A stretch of DNA of 64,000 bases, taken from assembly GCA_964407215.1 (NCBI GenBank), contig CAYOUT010000003.1, positions 34,700 through 98,699 of the forward strand, in the 5' to 3' direction. The notes under the pieces are model-generated. The model was not told where the DNA came from, did no database searches, and was given only the letters and a program-made list of their open reading frames with translations. Below, one piece after another: positions 18,733 to 27,671 of this stretch (its first letter is position 1; the number at the start of each line of letters is the position of its first letter). Position numbers and translations under genes: made by a program. The DNA comes from an uncultured Anaerolineales bacterium (lineage in GTDB: Bacteria; Chloroflexota; Anaerolineae; UBA1429).

Positions 18733-21700
18733 CTACCGCCAGCCGCAGAGAGCCTCTACATGGGCGGCAGATCCATCGCGTAGCCAGCCGTCAAGCTGAG
18801 CTTGCTCCTTGAGCTGTTGGCCCCGCAGCCGGGGCACAATAACGAAGCGGCAATCAAAACGAGACAGCGCCGTTATATCGCCCCACAGCTTCTCAAACTG
18901 AGCCACGGGATAGATGTCCTCTTGCCCCTGACCCCAGCGTTTCTTGACCTCTTTGAGTGTGATGTAGGTGGGCATTCGGGCGGCGACACCCCTTATGGCC
19001 GAGGAGACCCTATCCTCATGCGACAGATCTTTGTGCGTGAGGCCAAAGGCACCGAGCAGCTTGTCGATATCCAACCACATAGTGTTCGAGTTATAGTAAG
19101 AAAGGCGAAACTCGCCCTCCTCCCTCGGCATGGCCAAGCCCTCTAGCAACCGCAAGCGCCCATCGATGCGCGCCAAGCCACCTCCGCGGTCCTCAAGCCT
19201 GCGAGTGATCACCTCGGCGGTGAACGCAGCGCCCTGGCTGATGTGCCACCCGAGCAGGGAGGGATCCACGTCTGCGCCCAGGGTGTCGATGTTGTGTATC
19301 ATCAGGTAACGCAGGTTGGGCCGCTCGTCCAGTAGCCGTAGTAGCACACCGTTGCGCAGCATGTTGGGCACCTCGAACCAATGGCCCACCGGGTGGAGGC
19401 ATTGGACTGGCAAGTTGTCCGTGTAATCGCCCCCCTCTCCGGCCTGCCTGGCCCAGCCTATCAACGCCGAGTGAAAGCTCTCGCGCACCTTTTGCGCTTG
19501 TTCATCCAGGAGCTGCTGCGGCATCTCCTCCCAGGCGAAACGCAGGTCACGGGCCATGGGGATCAAGCGCAGGCCTATAGCCCGCCCGGGCGAGAGGAGC
19601 AATGGCCCCGGATAACCGTAATGCTCTTGGCGTTGGAGGTAGGCTCTGATCGGCTCGTGGGTCAGGTAGCTCGTGGTGACAACGTGTGGGATGCTGAGAC
19701 CACACAGGCGGCCCATGCGCTGGCTCTTGGCCAAGTGGCATTCGATAAAGGAGCGGTGTGCACCACCCAGTTTGCAAAACGGATGCAGAGCCTTGACCAC
19801 ACCAGCGCCCTGAGTCCAGCGGCTTCCGACACCACCGGCCAACGACACCACGGCCAAGGCGCCGGATGCCAAGGCGTCCATCCCAATATCGCGGTACTCC
19901 TGGGGCAAGCCGCGACTGGCGTCTTGTACGTCATCGTCGGAGACGTCACGAATGTCGGTGCTGAGGGGCAGCCTGTTCTGCGCAAGCCCAATGCGGCCGT
20001 TACGCAGGTCGGCACGGATTTGCTCATGCTGAAGCGGATCAAAGCCGTTCTGCTCCAAGAGTTCTTGCAGGCTTTGACTACCCGCCTCGGCGCGCTCGGG
20101 ACGCGGTAGAATCGCGTCAAAGAGGGTCTGCACGGTACCGGCCAGCTCGGGCTTGGTGCGGCATGCCGCCCCAAAAAGATCCAGCTCCGTGCGACGGAGG
20201 GGTGGGAGCTGCAATCGTTCCTGTCGCAAGAGTTGCGGTAGGATGAGAGTGTAATACCCGGGTGGCATCAGCGCCTCGTCGCCTCGGAAGAGATCGGCCC
20301 ACGTCCCCCGCTCGTTAATGGAAAAATCATACACTACAGGCTCCATGGCAAAAGGCAGGGCGTGCTCCAAGGCGCGCTTGCCTTCGCTCATGATCTCCTG
20401 TAAGCGTTCCTGCGCCTTTTCCTTGTGTGCGGGGTCGAAAATAAAGCCCATTCCTCCACCGGACATACCGCCCAGCATCCAGAACCCCCAGAAATCGCCC
20501 CTGAACTCGCCTTCAACCCGTTGGATGAGCGTCTCCGTGTAAAGATTGCTGGCCCAAGGGATAATGGCCTGTATAGGCTCTCTAAAGTTGTGTGTGGTGG
20601 ACGCGCCGATGGCGCGCACGTCGCCAGCTCTCAAGTGGGCGAGGATGCGGTCTAGGGTGAGGCAAGCTTCTTGGCGCGCTCGCCACTCGGCCTCAGAGCG
20701 CAACAGATACTTTTCCGTCACCATCTCCAAGATGGGACCGACGTTCTGAGCCATCCCGCCATGGACCAGCACTAGGCTGTCTTGCAAGTGTTGACGCGTG
20801 TCTGGAGATACCTCTTCGGGGCCCAGGATCGTGTGGCTGGGCAATAGACGCCCGTGACTAATACTGTGCTCCGGGTCACCCTCCTGGGCCGACTCCCCTT
20901 GGATCAGCTTGATGCCGGGCCACACTCCGCCCGAGTCCTGCCAACCCCCGCCCGAGCCGGCAAGCCACTCTCCGAGGATCGCCCGTGCGGCAACGAGGCG
21001 TCTTTCGTGGTTCTCTAGCGGCCCCACGAGGCGTCGCGCCTGCCCCGTGGCGCGCATGCACACAGTGATGAGGGCAGCGAGAAGGCTGGTAGAGACCGCC
21101 AGTCGCGAGCCCTTTGGGATGTTTTTCACGTTACTCACCAGCTCGAGCCCCCGCCCGGGGCCGGCCATACGCGCCAAGAGGTCGGCCAAGCTCTCACCGG
21201 AGCCCTCTATTCCCGGGGGCACCAAGCCCGATGCGATGATTGCAGCTTTGAGAAGCCCCAGGTAGTCTCTGGCATAGTCAAACACTGTGGCCAAATCTGT
21301 GATATCCGTCGTCACGCCAAGATCCACGCTGGCCAATCGCAAAATCGGCTCGTCGATAACGCGTATATAGGCCTCAACGGGGGGCCGCGGTGATGAATCT
21401 CTGTTCCGCACCCCCAAATCGATGGATATATTCAGTACGCGGGCCCCTTGGGGGTAATCCATCCCCAGGAAAAAGATGTCGCTCCATCCGCTATGGGTGA
21501 GGTCCATGCGTACCGGTGTGGATTCTCTCAGGAGGGGGTAGAGGCCATCATCTGTGCGCTGAAGGAGATCACTATGAATGCGCAAAGGCTGATCGGCGGG
21601 GTGGCCCATACGGAACATCCACTGGTTCCCGCTCACAGAGCGGACGCTGCGGCGCACCTGGTCGGCCAGGGTCTGGAAGCCGAGGCTGTGATAACCCGCG

Positions 21701-22053
21701 GCGAGCGCGCTGGCCAGCCCATCGGTAGGACCTTCCTCCCTTTGTTTGCCCAAGAACAGATCGATCGCCTCCTCGAAACGTCGTCGTAGCAGAAAAGAGT
21801 ACCCATCAAAAGGGAGCAGCCCTCGCATGCGTAGGCCCGGTTTGCTGGGTAGGTAGAACCGGTAGATGGCGTAGAGGAAAAAAGACGCTCTCACACGCTG
21901 ATACAGGTTGTCACAGGATCGACGAAAACGGTCCAGAGTATCGCACTCTGCGAGCAAGTCGCCCAGGCTGGCCGAGCGGCAGAATCCATCCAACGAACGA
22001 TCGCGCACTGTCGGGTCGGGCGAGGTGATGAGCCTGACGAGCTGCCCTGTCAT
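18733..22053 (-). CDS. 1106-aa multidomain protein: N-terminal region of unknown function + GHMP-family sugar-1-kinase (fucokinase/HddA-like) + C-terminal UDPGP-family sugar-1-phosphate nucleotidyltransferase
   Basis: The kinase part shows motifs [21 protein letters not shown] (GHMP motif 2-like), [11 protein letters not shown] and [17 protein letters not shown] (GHMP motif 3-like). The C-terminal part shows [21 protein letters not shown] and [17 protein letters not shown], which are UDPGP-like signatures. The start overlaps the upstream gene's stop by 4 nt. Confidence 0.65.
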   Translation of the reverse strand: MTGQLVRLITSPDPTVRDRSLDGFCRSASLGDLLAECDTLDRFRRSCDNLYQRVRASFFLYAIYRFYLPSKPGLRMRGLLPFDGYSFLLRRRFEEAIDLFLGKQREEGPTDGLASALAAGYHSLGFQTLADQVRRSVRSVSGNQWMFRMGHPADQPLRIHSDLLQRTDDGLYPLLRESTPVRMDLTHSGWSDIFFLGMDYPQGARVLNISIDLGVRNRDSSPRPPVEAYIRVIDEPILRLASVDLGVTTDITDLATVFDYARDYLGLLKAAIIASGLVPPGIEGSGESLADLLARMAGPGRGLELVSNVKNIPKGSRLAVSTSLLAALITVCMRATGQARRLVGPLENHERRLVAARAILGEWLAGSGGGWQDSGGVWPGIKLIQGESAQEGDPEHSISHGRLLPSHTILGPEEVSPDTRQHLQDSLVLVHGGMAQNVGPILEMVTEKYLLRSEAEWRARQEACLTLDRILAHLRAGDVRAIGASTTHNFREPIQAIIPWASNLYTETLIQRVEGEFRGDFWGFWMLGGMSGGGMGFIFDPAHKEKAQERLQEIMSEGKRALEHALPFAMEPVVYDFSINERGTWADLFRGDEALMPPGYYTLILPQLLRQERLQLPPLRRTELDLFGAACRTKPELAGTVQTLFDAILPRPERAEAGSQSLQELLEQNGFDPLQHEQIRADLRNGRIGLAQNRLPLSTDIRDVSDDDVQDASRGLPQEYRDIGMDALASGALAVVSLAGGVGSRWTQGAGVVKALHPFCKLGGAHRSFIECHLAKSQRMGRLCGLSIPHVVTTSYLTHEPIRAYLQRQEHYGYPGPLLLSPGRAIGLRLIPMARDLRFAWEEMPQQLLDEQAQKVRESFHSALIGWARQAGEGGDYTDNLPVQCLHPVGHWFEVPNMLRNGVLLRLLDERPNLRYLMIHNIDTLGADVDPSLLGWHISQGAAFTAEVITRRLEDRGGGLARIDGRLRLLEGLAMPREEGEFRLSYYNSNTMWLDIDKLLGAFGLTHKDLSHEDRVSSAIRGVAARMPTYITLKEVKKRWGQGQEDIYPVAQFEKLWGDITALSRFDCRFVIVPRLRGQQLKEQAQLDGWLRDGSAAHVEALCGWR

Positions 22054-22919
22054 CGGCCATCTCCCCCTAAAGCGCTCAGCTCACGTTGTGCCATGAGCTC
22101 CAGTAGCTGGGAGAGGACCAGATCGCGGTCGCGGCCGTGGAGAGCTAGCGCGAGTTGAGCCGTCAGTAGGCCATACTTGACGCCCACGTCGTAGCGCAGG
22201 CCCTGAGTCACTAGGGCCAGGTAACGCTCGCGATGCGCCAACTCTGACAGAGCATCGGATAGACTCACCGGTCTCTGCCCGTCGGCCTCGGTTACGTGTC
22301 GCTCTAGGAGGCCCATAACACTGTGAGTCAGTACGTGCATCCCAAAAAAGCACAGGTAATGTCCCGCGCGTAGACCGGGTACCACCAAGCGTTGTTCAGC
22401 TTCGGTAGGAGTTGGCTTTTCCAGAACGTCCTCGATCAAGTATAGATCCTGGCGCCCCGAGACGCGACGTCCGCCGACGGTACCATAGTAGGGAAGCAAG
22501 CTCTCGCGGGAGGGTTGTACCGCTGAGACAGCACACGACTCGGCTCGCGCTACGTCCACCAACTGCTGTGCGCACTCTTGGGCCCCCCGGCTGACGTAAA
22601 GATGATCGCCCACCAGAAGAAGGAAGGGGCTCTGCCCCACAAAATCTCGTGCGCAGAACACTGCGTGACCATATCCCAGCGGATCGACTTGCTGCACAAA
22701 GTGCAGCCTGCCCCCAGAATCGCCAGCCACTTGCGTGTAAGCGCTCTCATCGCCCGGGCAGACTACTACACAGATCTCCTCGACCCCTGCCCGCAACACT
22801 TCCTCGATGAGGATGCGCAACACCGATTTCTGGGCACCGTCGCGGTCAATGAGTGTCTGAAGCGGGAGAGTCCTCTGTTCTCTGCCAGCGGCAGTGATCA
22901 CCGCCCTTTTCACTTGCAT
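22050..22919 (-). CDS. sugar-1-phosphate nucleotidyltransferase (GalU/RmlA-like NTP_transferase)
   Basis: [21 protein letters not shown] matches the GalU G-x-G-T-R-x-L-P motif. A GAGGG Shine-Dalgarno lies 7 nt upstream of the ATG at 22919. Confidence 0.7.
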   Translation of the reverse strand: MQVKRAVITAAGREQRTLPLQTLIDRDGAQKSVLRILIEEVLRAGVEEICVVVCPGDESAYTQVAGDSGGRLHFVQQVDPLGYGHAVFCARDFVGQSPFLLLVGDHLYVSRGAQECAQQLVDVARAESCAVSAVQPSRESLLPYYGTVGGRRVSGRQDLYLIEDVLEKPTPTEAEQRLVVPGLRAGHYLCFFGMHVLTHSVMGLLERHVTEADGQRPVSLSDALSELAHRERYLALVTQGLRYDVGVKYGLLTAQLALALHGRDRDLVLSQLLELMAQRELSALGGDGR

Positions 22920-22939
22920 AGAATGCCCTCGCATTGGAC

Positions 22940-22975
22940 AATATTATATGAGCACCTGCGTCTCATTGTCGGAGA
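22940..22975 (-). promoter_or_regulatory. candidate promoter for the nucleotidyltransferase-kinase operon; a perfect TATAAT -10 on the minus strand
   Basis: On the minus strand, TATAAT lies about 25 nt upstream of the start codon. The -35 region is weak (GACAAT). Confidence 0.3.
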
Positions 22976-23731
22976 GTAGACACCAGGGACAAGAGTATTC
23001 TACCACTCGAACCAGCGTGTAACCAGCACTGGCAACACAGCTGTCATATCGGCTATACGCTGAGGGCACCGTGCCCCGCTCTCTCGGCTGGCCGATACAG
23101 CACGGGTATCCTGGCCCGTGAGCACAAGATGCAAGGTGCGCCATGAGCACGTGCGATCGAATGGCTGCTGCCCTGTCGAAAGGCGGATTTCGTGAGATAC
23201 CCGTTGTCATCCCATACGAGAGTATATTCATTCGAGATTCTTGGAGCCAGCTTATAGATAGTCCGTAGCGGCACAGTACTCGATGGAGTTGAGCGAACAG
23301 CTATCGCAGCGAAAACAAGAGGAGCCCGTCGTATCGATCAGGGCAGGATTTAACTATCCAGTTTCTGCGCAAGTCAGAGCGCGAGAGACTCTGCCTTTAA
23401 ATCCAGATCGCGGGCGTTCCCCGAATCGGCAGGGCCACTGGTGGAGACACCAGAGCTGCAGCCTCCCCAGATAGGCGGCGAGCTCACCGTCGATCACGTC
23501 GACGCTGATGCCCGTCGATAGCGCAGAGGCGCTAAAGCAGCTCATTACGCTCCCCAAAGCAGAGCCTGCCTATGGGGATTTGAGGGGATGATGACCAGGA
23601 TCGCGCAACGGCCTGATCTCGCTACCCGGCTCATTGCCTGCATGGGGTGGAAGTGGCGGCTGCGTTGGGGCCCGGGGCATCTAGATCGAGGAGTGCATGA
23701 CAGATATGATCGAAGCGGAACCCTTTGCCAC

Positions 23732-24607
23732 TTACAACAGCCAGCCCACCAGCGCTCCCACCATGGCGCCGATGAGAGAACTGATGCAGTTCACCGCATC
23801 GTTAGTCATCCAACGCCACCCGTGTACATACATATTGGGTGCTCCGGTAGGATCAACAGGCCGCTCGGTCTCTTTCCCGCGACTGGGCGAGTAGTAAATC
23901 GCCTGTACAGTGGCACCCAATAAGCTATCGAACAACGAGCCCACCGAACCGCCCAGCACTGCGATGGGTATCAGCCCACTGGCCCCCACGAAGCGCTCTG
24001 TGCCCAACTGGCGGTGGATACTTCCCCCCAGGAGCCCATCCAATCTCAAGAACGCCAACATCGTGAGCCCCATGGCCAATGCCCCCGCCATAGAGGCTAA
24101 CGAGCCTAAAGCGGAGACGCCCCCCGACGTGCCCGGCTCGACGGGCTTCCACGTAGTTACAAGCCTCGGTGAGCGGGCGCTCAGTACACCCAGCTCAGTG
24201 GCCCAAGTATCTGCACTTACCGACGCCATAGCACCCACAAAAGCGGCCAGCCAGATGGGTGAAGGGTTCAGCATGTGCCCCAACGCTAACAGGGCCCCTA
24301 TCCCGCCATTGGCTAATGCTTGTCCCAGGTCGCGTTGAGAGCCCTTGGCGAATTGGTCCGCCACCGTTATCTTGGCGGATTCCTTGTAACGCGAGAGGAG
24401 GCTGGCGAGCGCGAAAAAAGTGATCAGGGTGAGGCCCCAGGCCCACCCCCCGCCCCCCCAGATGATGGTGCCTACTATAGCAGCGCCGAAGGCGCCGCTG
24501 CGTGTTAACGCCCGCCGCTTCAGTGCGGCCAAACCCACGAGACCGCTGAACACGAACCCAGAACCGAACCGCATCACCCATTCCATACGTAAGCCGCTCC
24601 TACACAA
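23732..24607 (-). CDS. DUF92/COG1836 membrane protein (VTE6 phytyl-phosphate kinase family)
   Basis: It is a multi-TM protein. It carries the GTIIWGGGGW segment characteristic of DUF92. Confidence 0.6.
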   Translation of the reverse strand: MCRSGLRMEWVMRFGSGFVFSGLVGLAALKRRALTRSGAFGAAIVGTIIWGGGGWAWGLTLITFFALASLLSRYKESAKITVADQFAKGSQRDLGQALANGGIGALLALGHMLNPSPIWLAAFVGAMASVSADTWATELGVLSARSPRLVTTWKPVEPGTSGGVSALGSLASMAGALAMGLTMLAFLRLDGLLGGSIHRQLGTERFVGASGLIPIAVLGGSVGSLFDSLLGATVQAIYYSPSRGKETERPVDPTGAPNMYVHGWRWMTNDAVNCISSLIGAMVGALVGWLL

Positions 24608-24656
24608 CTCGTCGCTGGACGTAAATACCCTGATGCGCTAGAGGCTGCTGCCCTTC

Positions 24657-25367
24657 TCATCGCGCGCCAACCAGTAGCCGGAGCACCGCGCCCGCCAAGA
24701 GAGGTACGGTGAGATTGTCGCTCCCTGCAGGGGACACGCCCTCTGCAATGGTGGCCACCGCGGTCGCGGCGAGGGTGTATATCAAGGCTTGCCCCAAACT
24801 CAGGGGCGTGCTGTTGGGGCTCAAGCCAGAGCTAGGTAACAACAAGAGGCTTATCAAGATGCCAATGAAAGCGAATAGCGCCATGGCGGCAGTCCCCTCC
24901 CATGAGCGCTGATGGCCCAGAACCCTGTAGTGATGTCTCCCCCAGCGCTCTCCCACGAGGCTGGCGGCGGCATCGCCCAGCGTCATGGCCATCATGGCGG
25001 CGACAGCGATGGGCGCGTGGTCCTGCTCATCGCCTGTGCGCCAGAGCAGCACAAACAGCAATGTGGCAGAGAAGGCAAAGTACACGGTGCCGTATGTAGA
25101 GCTGGTTGTGTCCATGGCCTTGAAAGCCTGCCATCGGCGAAAAGCGTAGTTCAACCCGATAAAGGTGGCAAAAGGAATCACGCCATAGTACCAATGCTCG
25201 AACAGAAACAAGATCCCCCAAACCCATAGCCCCGCACCCACATGGGTCACTTTACGCGTCAGGCTCTGAGGCCAGCGAAGGCGCTTACCCAAGGCCTCTG
25301 AAGCGAGCAACAGCGCGAAAGCGTAGGCGTAAGAGAGGGCCAGGCCGGTAACGTCACGGGGTGTCAT
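24657..25367 (-). CDS. CTP-dependent polyprenol/phytol/dolichol kinase-like membrane protein (CdsA-related family)
   Basis: MAMTLGDAAASLVGERWGRH matches the G-D-x-x-A-S-x-x-G-x-x-x-G-x-H motif of the phytol/dolichol kinase family. The start is at MTPRDV (M58 of the track ORF). Confidence 0.55.
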   Translation of the reverse strand: MTPRDVTGLALSYAYAFALLLASEALGKRLRWPQSLTRKVTHVGAGLWVWGILFLFEHWYYGVIPFATFIGLNYAFRRWQAFKAMDTTSSTYGTVYFAFSATLLFVLLWRTGDEQDHAPIAVAAMMAMTLGDAAASLVGERWGRHHYRVLGHQRSWEGTAAMALFAFIGILISLLLLPSSGLSPNSTPLSLGQALIYTLAATAVATIAEGVSPAGSDNLTVPLLAGAVLRLLVGAR

Positions 25368-25639
25368 GGATTCGACCTCATTGAGATTGCGTATTGGTTC
25401 GATCGGCTGGAATATGACACAACCTTGCGTTCTGCGCAAGGCGAACAATAGGCCTGTGAAGCTGTACCATCTGTATACCGATGTCGGGCGCGGTACGGCG
25501 GTCCGGCTAATCGCAAGAGGCTCGGCTGCACAAGGCATCCCATAGTTTTGGTGCAGTTCGTGTGGACACAGGTCGCCATAAGGCGAGCATAGTCAAGGCC
25601 CAGTCGTCTGCCCGTTTTGACGCCCCAGACCTTTCGTGC

Positions 25640-25858
25640 CATAATACACAAGGTGCTAAGGTCCATAGGGCCCAATTGAAAACAGTTCTCCGAACTGCAC
25701 GGCCTAAAGAACCAGTCCATGGTGTGCAGTCGGTGCCGCGGATTCCGCGGCCGACGGTATGGGTGGAAACGCCCATGCCCCCCATGTTTGGAAAGGAGAA
25801 CCCGGCTCGGCGCACTCTTGTGCCGGCGTTCTCTGCGAACGCCGGTTTTCTTTTTTGT
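25640..25858 (+). ncRNA. structured leader upstream of the Moco operon. I read it as a candidate Moco/Tuco riboswitch with a terminator/antiterminator expression platform.
   Basis: There are hairpins at GCCGCGG-att-CCGCGGC and ATGGGTG-GAAA-CGCCCAT. A GGAAAGGAG segment is present. CGGCGCAC...GTGCCGGCG is a possible antiterminator that shares GCCGGCG with the terminator's 5' arm. Confidence 0.35.
25823..25858 (+). terminator. intrinsic terminator (GCCGGCGTTC-tctgc-GAACGCCGG followed by TTTTCTTTTTTGT) located 20 nt before mog/moaB
   Basis: A perfect 9-10 bp GC-rich stem is followed by a 12-nt T-rich tract. Sitting immediately upstream of a start codon, it looks like an attenuator. Confidence 0.6.
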
Positions 25859-25879
25859 CTCAAGAGGATGGTAGGGCGC

Positions 25880-26377
25880 ATGCGTGCTGCGATAGTGACG
25901 ATAAGCGATAAAGCCTTTGTCGGCCAGCGAGAGGACAGCAGCGGCCCGATTCTCGCTCGAGCGCTCAGCGAACTGGGTGCCGTGGTCATCGAGAACATCA
26001 TTCTGCCCGACGAGCAGGATCGGATCGCTGCCGAACTGATGCGCTTGGCGGACGAGTTGCGCGTCGACTTGGTTGTGACCACGGGCGGCACGGGTCCCGC
26101 TGCGCGCGATCGGACACCAGAGGCTACTCGAGCGGTGATCGAACGGGAGATGCCCGGTTTGGCCGAGGTGCTACGCTTTCAGGGCTATCAGAAGACTCCG
26201 TGGGCGGTGCTTTCACGAGGGCTCGCTGGCATCCGCGGAGCCTGCCTGATCATCAACTTGCCGGGCAATCCCAAGGCTGTGCTGGAGGGGATGGAGGTGT
26301 TGGCCGCCATCCTGCCGCATGCTGTACAGATGATTCGCGGTGAGAACCTGGAGCACGAGGGATCTCACCATGCGTGA
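25880..26377 (+). CDS. mog: molybdenum cofactor biosynthesis protein MogA/MoaB (molybdopterin adenylyltransferase family)
   Basis: MRAAIVTISDK...LVVTTGGTGPAARDRTPEA contains the GGTG motif of the MogA/MoaB fold. An alternative start lies at 25868. Confidence 0.75.
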   Translation: MRAAIVTISDKAFVGQREDSSGPILARALSELGAVVIENIILPDEQDRIAAELMRLADELRVDLVVTTGGTGPAARDRTPEATRAVIEREMPGLAEVLRFQGYQKTPWAVLSRGLAGIRGACLIINLPGNPKAVLEGMEVLAAILPHAVQMIRGENLEHEGSHHA

Positions 26378-27599
26378 CCGAGAGAGCTACCCCCTTTTGA
26401 GCGTCGAACAGGCGTTGGAACGCATCCTCGCCACGGTACATCCCCTGGAGCCGGAGAGCATCCCGATCCTTGAGGCGTTGGGCCGTGTGCTGGCAGAGGA
26501 CATTTCCTCTGATACCGATGTGCCCCCTCTGGACAACTCGGCCATGGACGGCTATGCCGTGCAGGGTGGGGCTCTCGACAACGCTGTGGCCCCGATACGG
26601 TTGCGTATCGTGGACGAGGTGGTCGCTGGCCAGATGCCCGAGCGCTGCGTAGGCGAGGGCGAGGCGGTCCGCATTATGACGGGCGCGCCCATCCCCCAGG
26701 GTGCCGACACAGTAGTGCGGTTTGAGGATACAGCCCGTGAGGGGGAGTGGGTGGTGATCCATCGGGTACCCCGGGTGGGCGCCAACGTGCGTTCCGCTGG
26801 AGAGGACGTCCGCTGCGGGGAGATAGTGCTTACTGCGGGCACTCCGCTGCGTGCGCAGGAGATCGGTATGCTGGCCTCTGTTGGGCACGAGCGGGCGCGG
26901 GTGCTCCGTCGACCACGGGTGGCTATCCTGGCCACAGGCGATGAAGTGGTGGAGATCCGTGAGCCCGCAGGGGCTGGCAAGATACGCAACATCAACAGCT
27001 ATACCAACGCGACGCAAGTATTGGCCGCCGGGGGTGAGCCTGTGTTGTTGGGCGTCGCCCGTGACAGAGCTGGCGAGTTGAGTGATGCCCTGCGCCGTGG
27101 GCTCGATGCCGGGGCCGACTTGTTCATAACCTCCGGCGGGGTGTCGGTGGGAGATTTCGACTTGGTGAAGAACGTGCTCTCCTCCGAGGGGAGCATGGAC
27201 TTTTGGTGGGTCAATATGAAGCCGGGGAAGCCGATGGCGTTTGGGCGCCTGGAGCGCGTGCCACTGCTGGCCCTGCCGGGAAATCCCGTGGCGGCCATGA
27301 TCAGTTTTGGGCTCTTTGCGAGGCCAGCGATCCGTAAAATGCTGGGGCACACACAATGGGAGTGGCCCTCTACCATGGCCAGGCTTGCTGATCCTATCGC
27401 CCGCAAAGATGGCCGACGCCACTACTTGCGTGTGCGCTTGCAGGAGGCACCGGGCGGGCTGCTGGAGGCCAGACTCACCGGCGACCAGGGATCCGGCATA
27501 TTGGCTTCGATGGTGCAGGCCGATGGACTGGCCGTGATCCCCGAGGATTGCGGTCGCCTTGAGGCGGGCAGTCTGGTGCAGGTGTTGTTGCTGAACTGA
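26370..27599 (+). CDS. moeA: molybdopterin molybdotransferase MoeA (paralog 1)
   Basis: PLDNSAMDGYAV and ITSGGVSVGDFD match MoeA motifs. A GAGGGA Shine-Dalgarno is present. The start overlaps the end of mog by 8 nt. Confidence 0.8.
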   Translation: MRDRESYPLLSVEQALERILATVHPLEPESIPILEALGRVLAEDISSDTDVPPLDNSAMDGYAVQGGALDNAVAPIRLRIVDEVVAGQMPERCVGEGEAVRIMTGAPIPQGADTVVRFEDTAREGEWVVIHRVPRVGANVRSAGEDVRCGEIVLTAGTPLRAQEIGMLASVGHERARVLRRPRVAILATGDEVVEIREPAGAGKIRNINSYTNATQVLAAGGEPVLLGVARDRAGELSDALRRGLDAGADLFITSGGVSVGDFDLVKNVLSSEGSMDFWWVNMKPGKPMAFGRLERVPLLALPGNPVAAMISFGLFARPAIRKMLGHTQWEWPSTMARLADPIARKDGRRHYLRVRLQEAPGGLLEARLTGDQGSGILASMVQADGLAVIPEDCGRLEAGSLVQVLLLN

Positions 27600-27671
27600 A
27601 TGTTTCTACTCGGACAACGTTCATGCACGGTGTCTGGTGATGCCTATCTCGACTTGTATCGGATGATGTAA

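Noticed and set aside
23420-23450. GCCACUG, reminiscent of the cobalamin-riboswitch B12 box, in the 800-bp gap.
   Set aside because: Only this heptamer matches. I could not find the other conserved B12-element blocks. No gene lies downstream on that strand.
22944-23557. Small ORFs of 63-111 aa on both strands within the 800-bp gap.
   Set aside because: They have no Shine-Dalgarno sequences. Their composition is Arg/Ser/Cys-rich or low-complexity. I kept the region as a non-coding finding.
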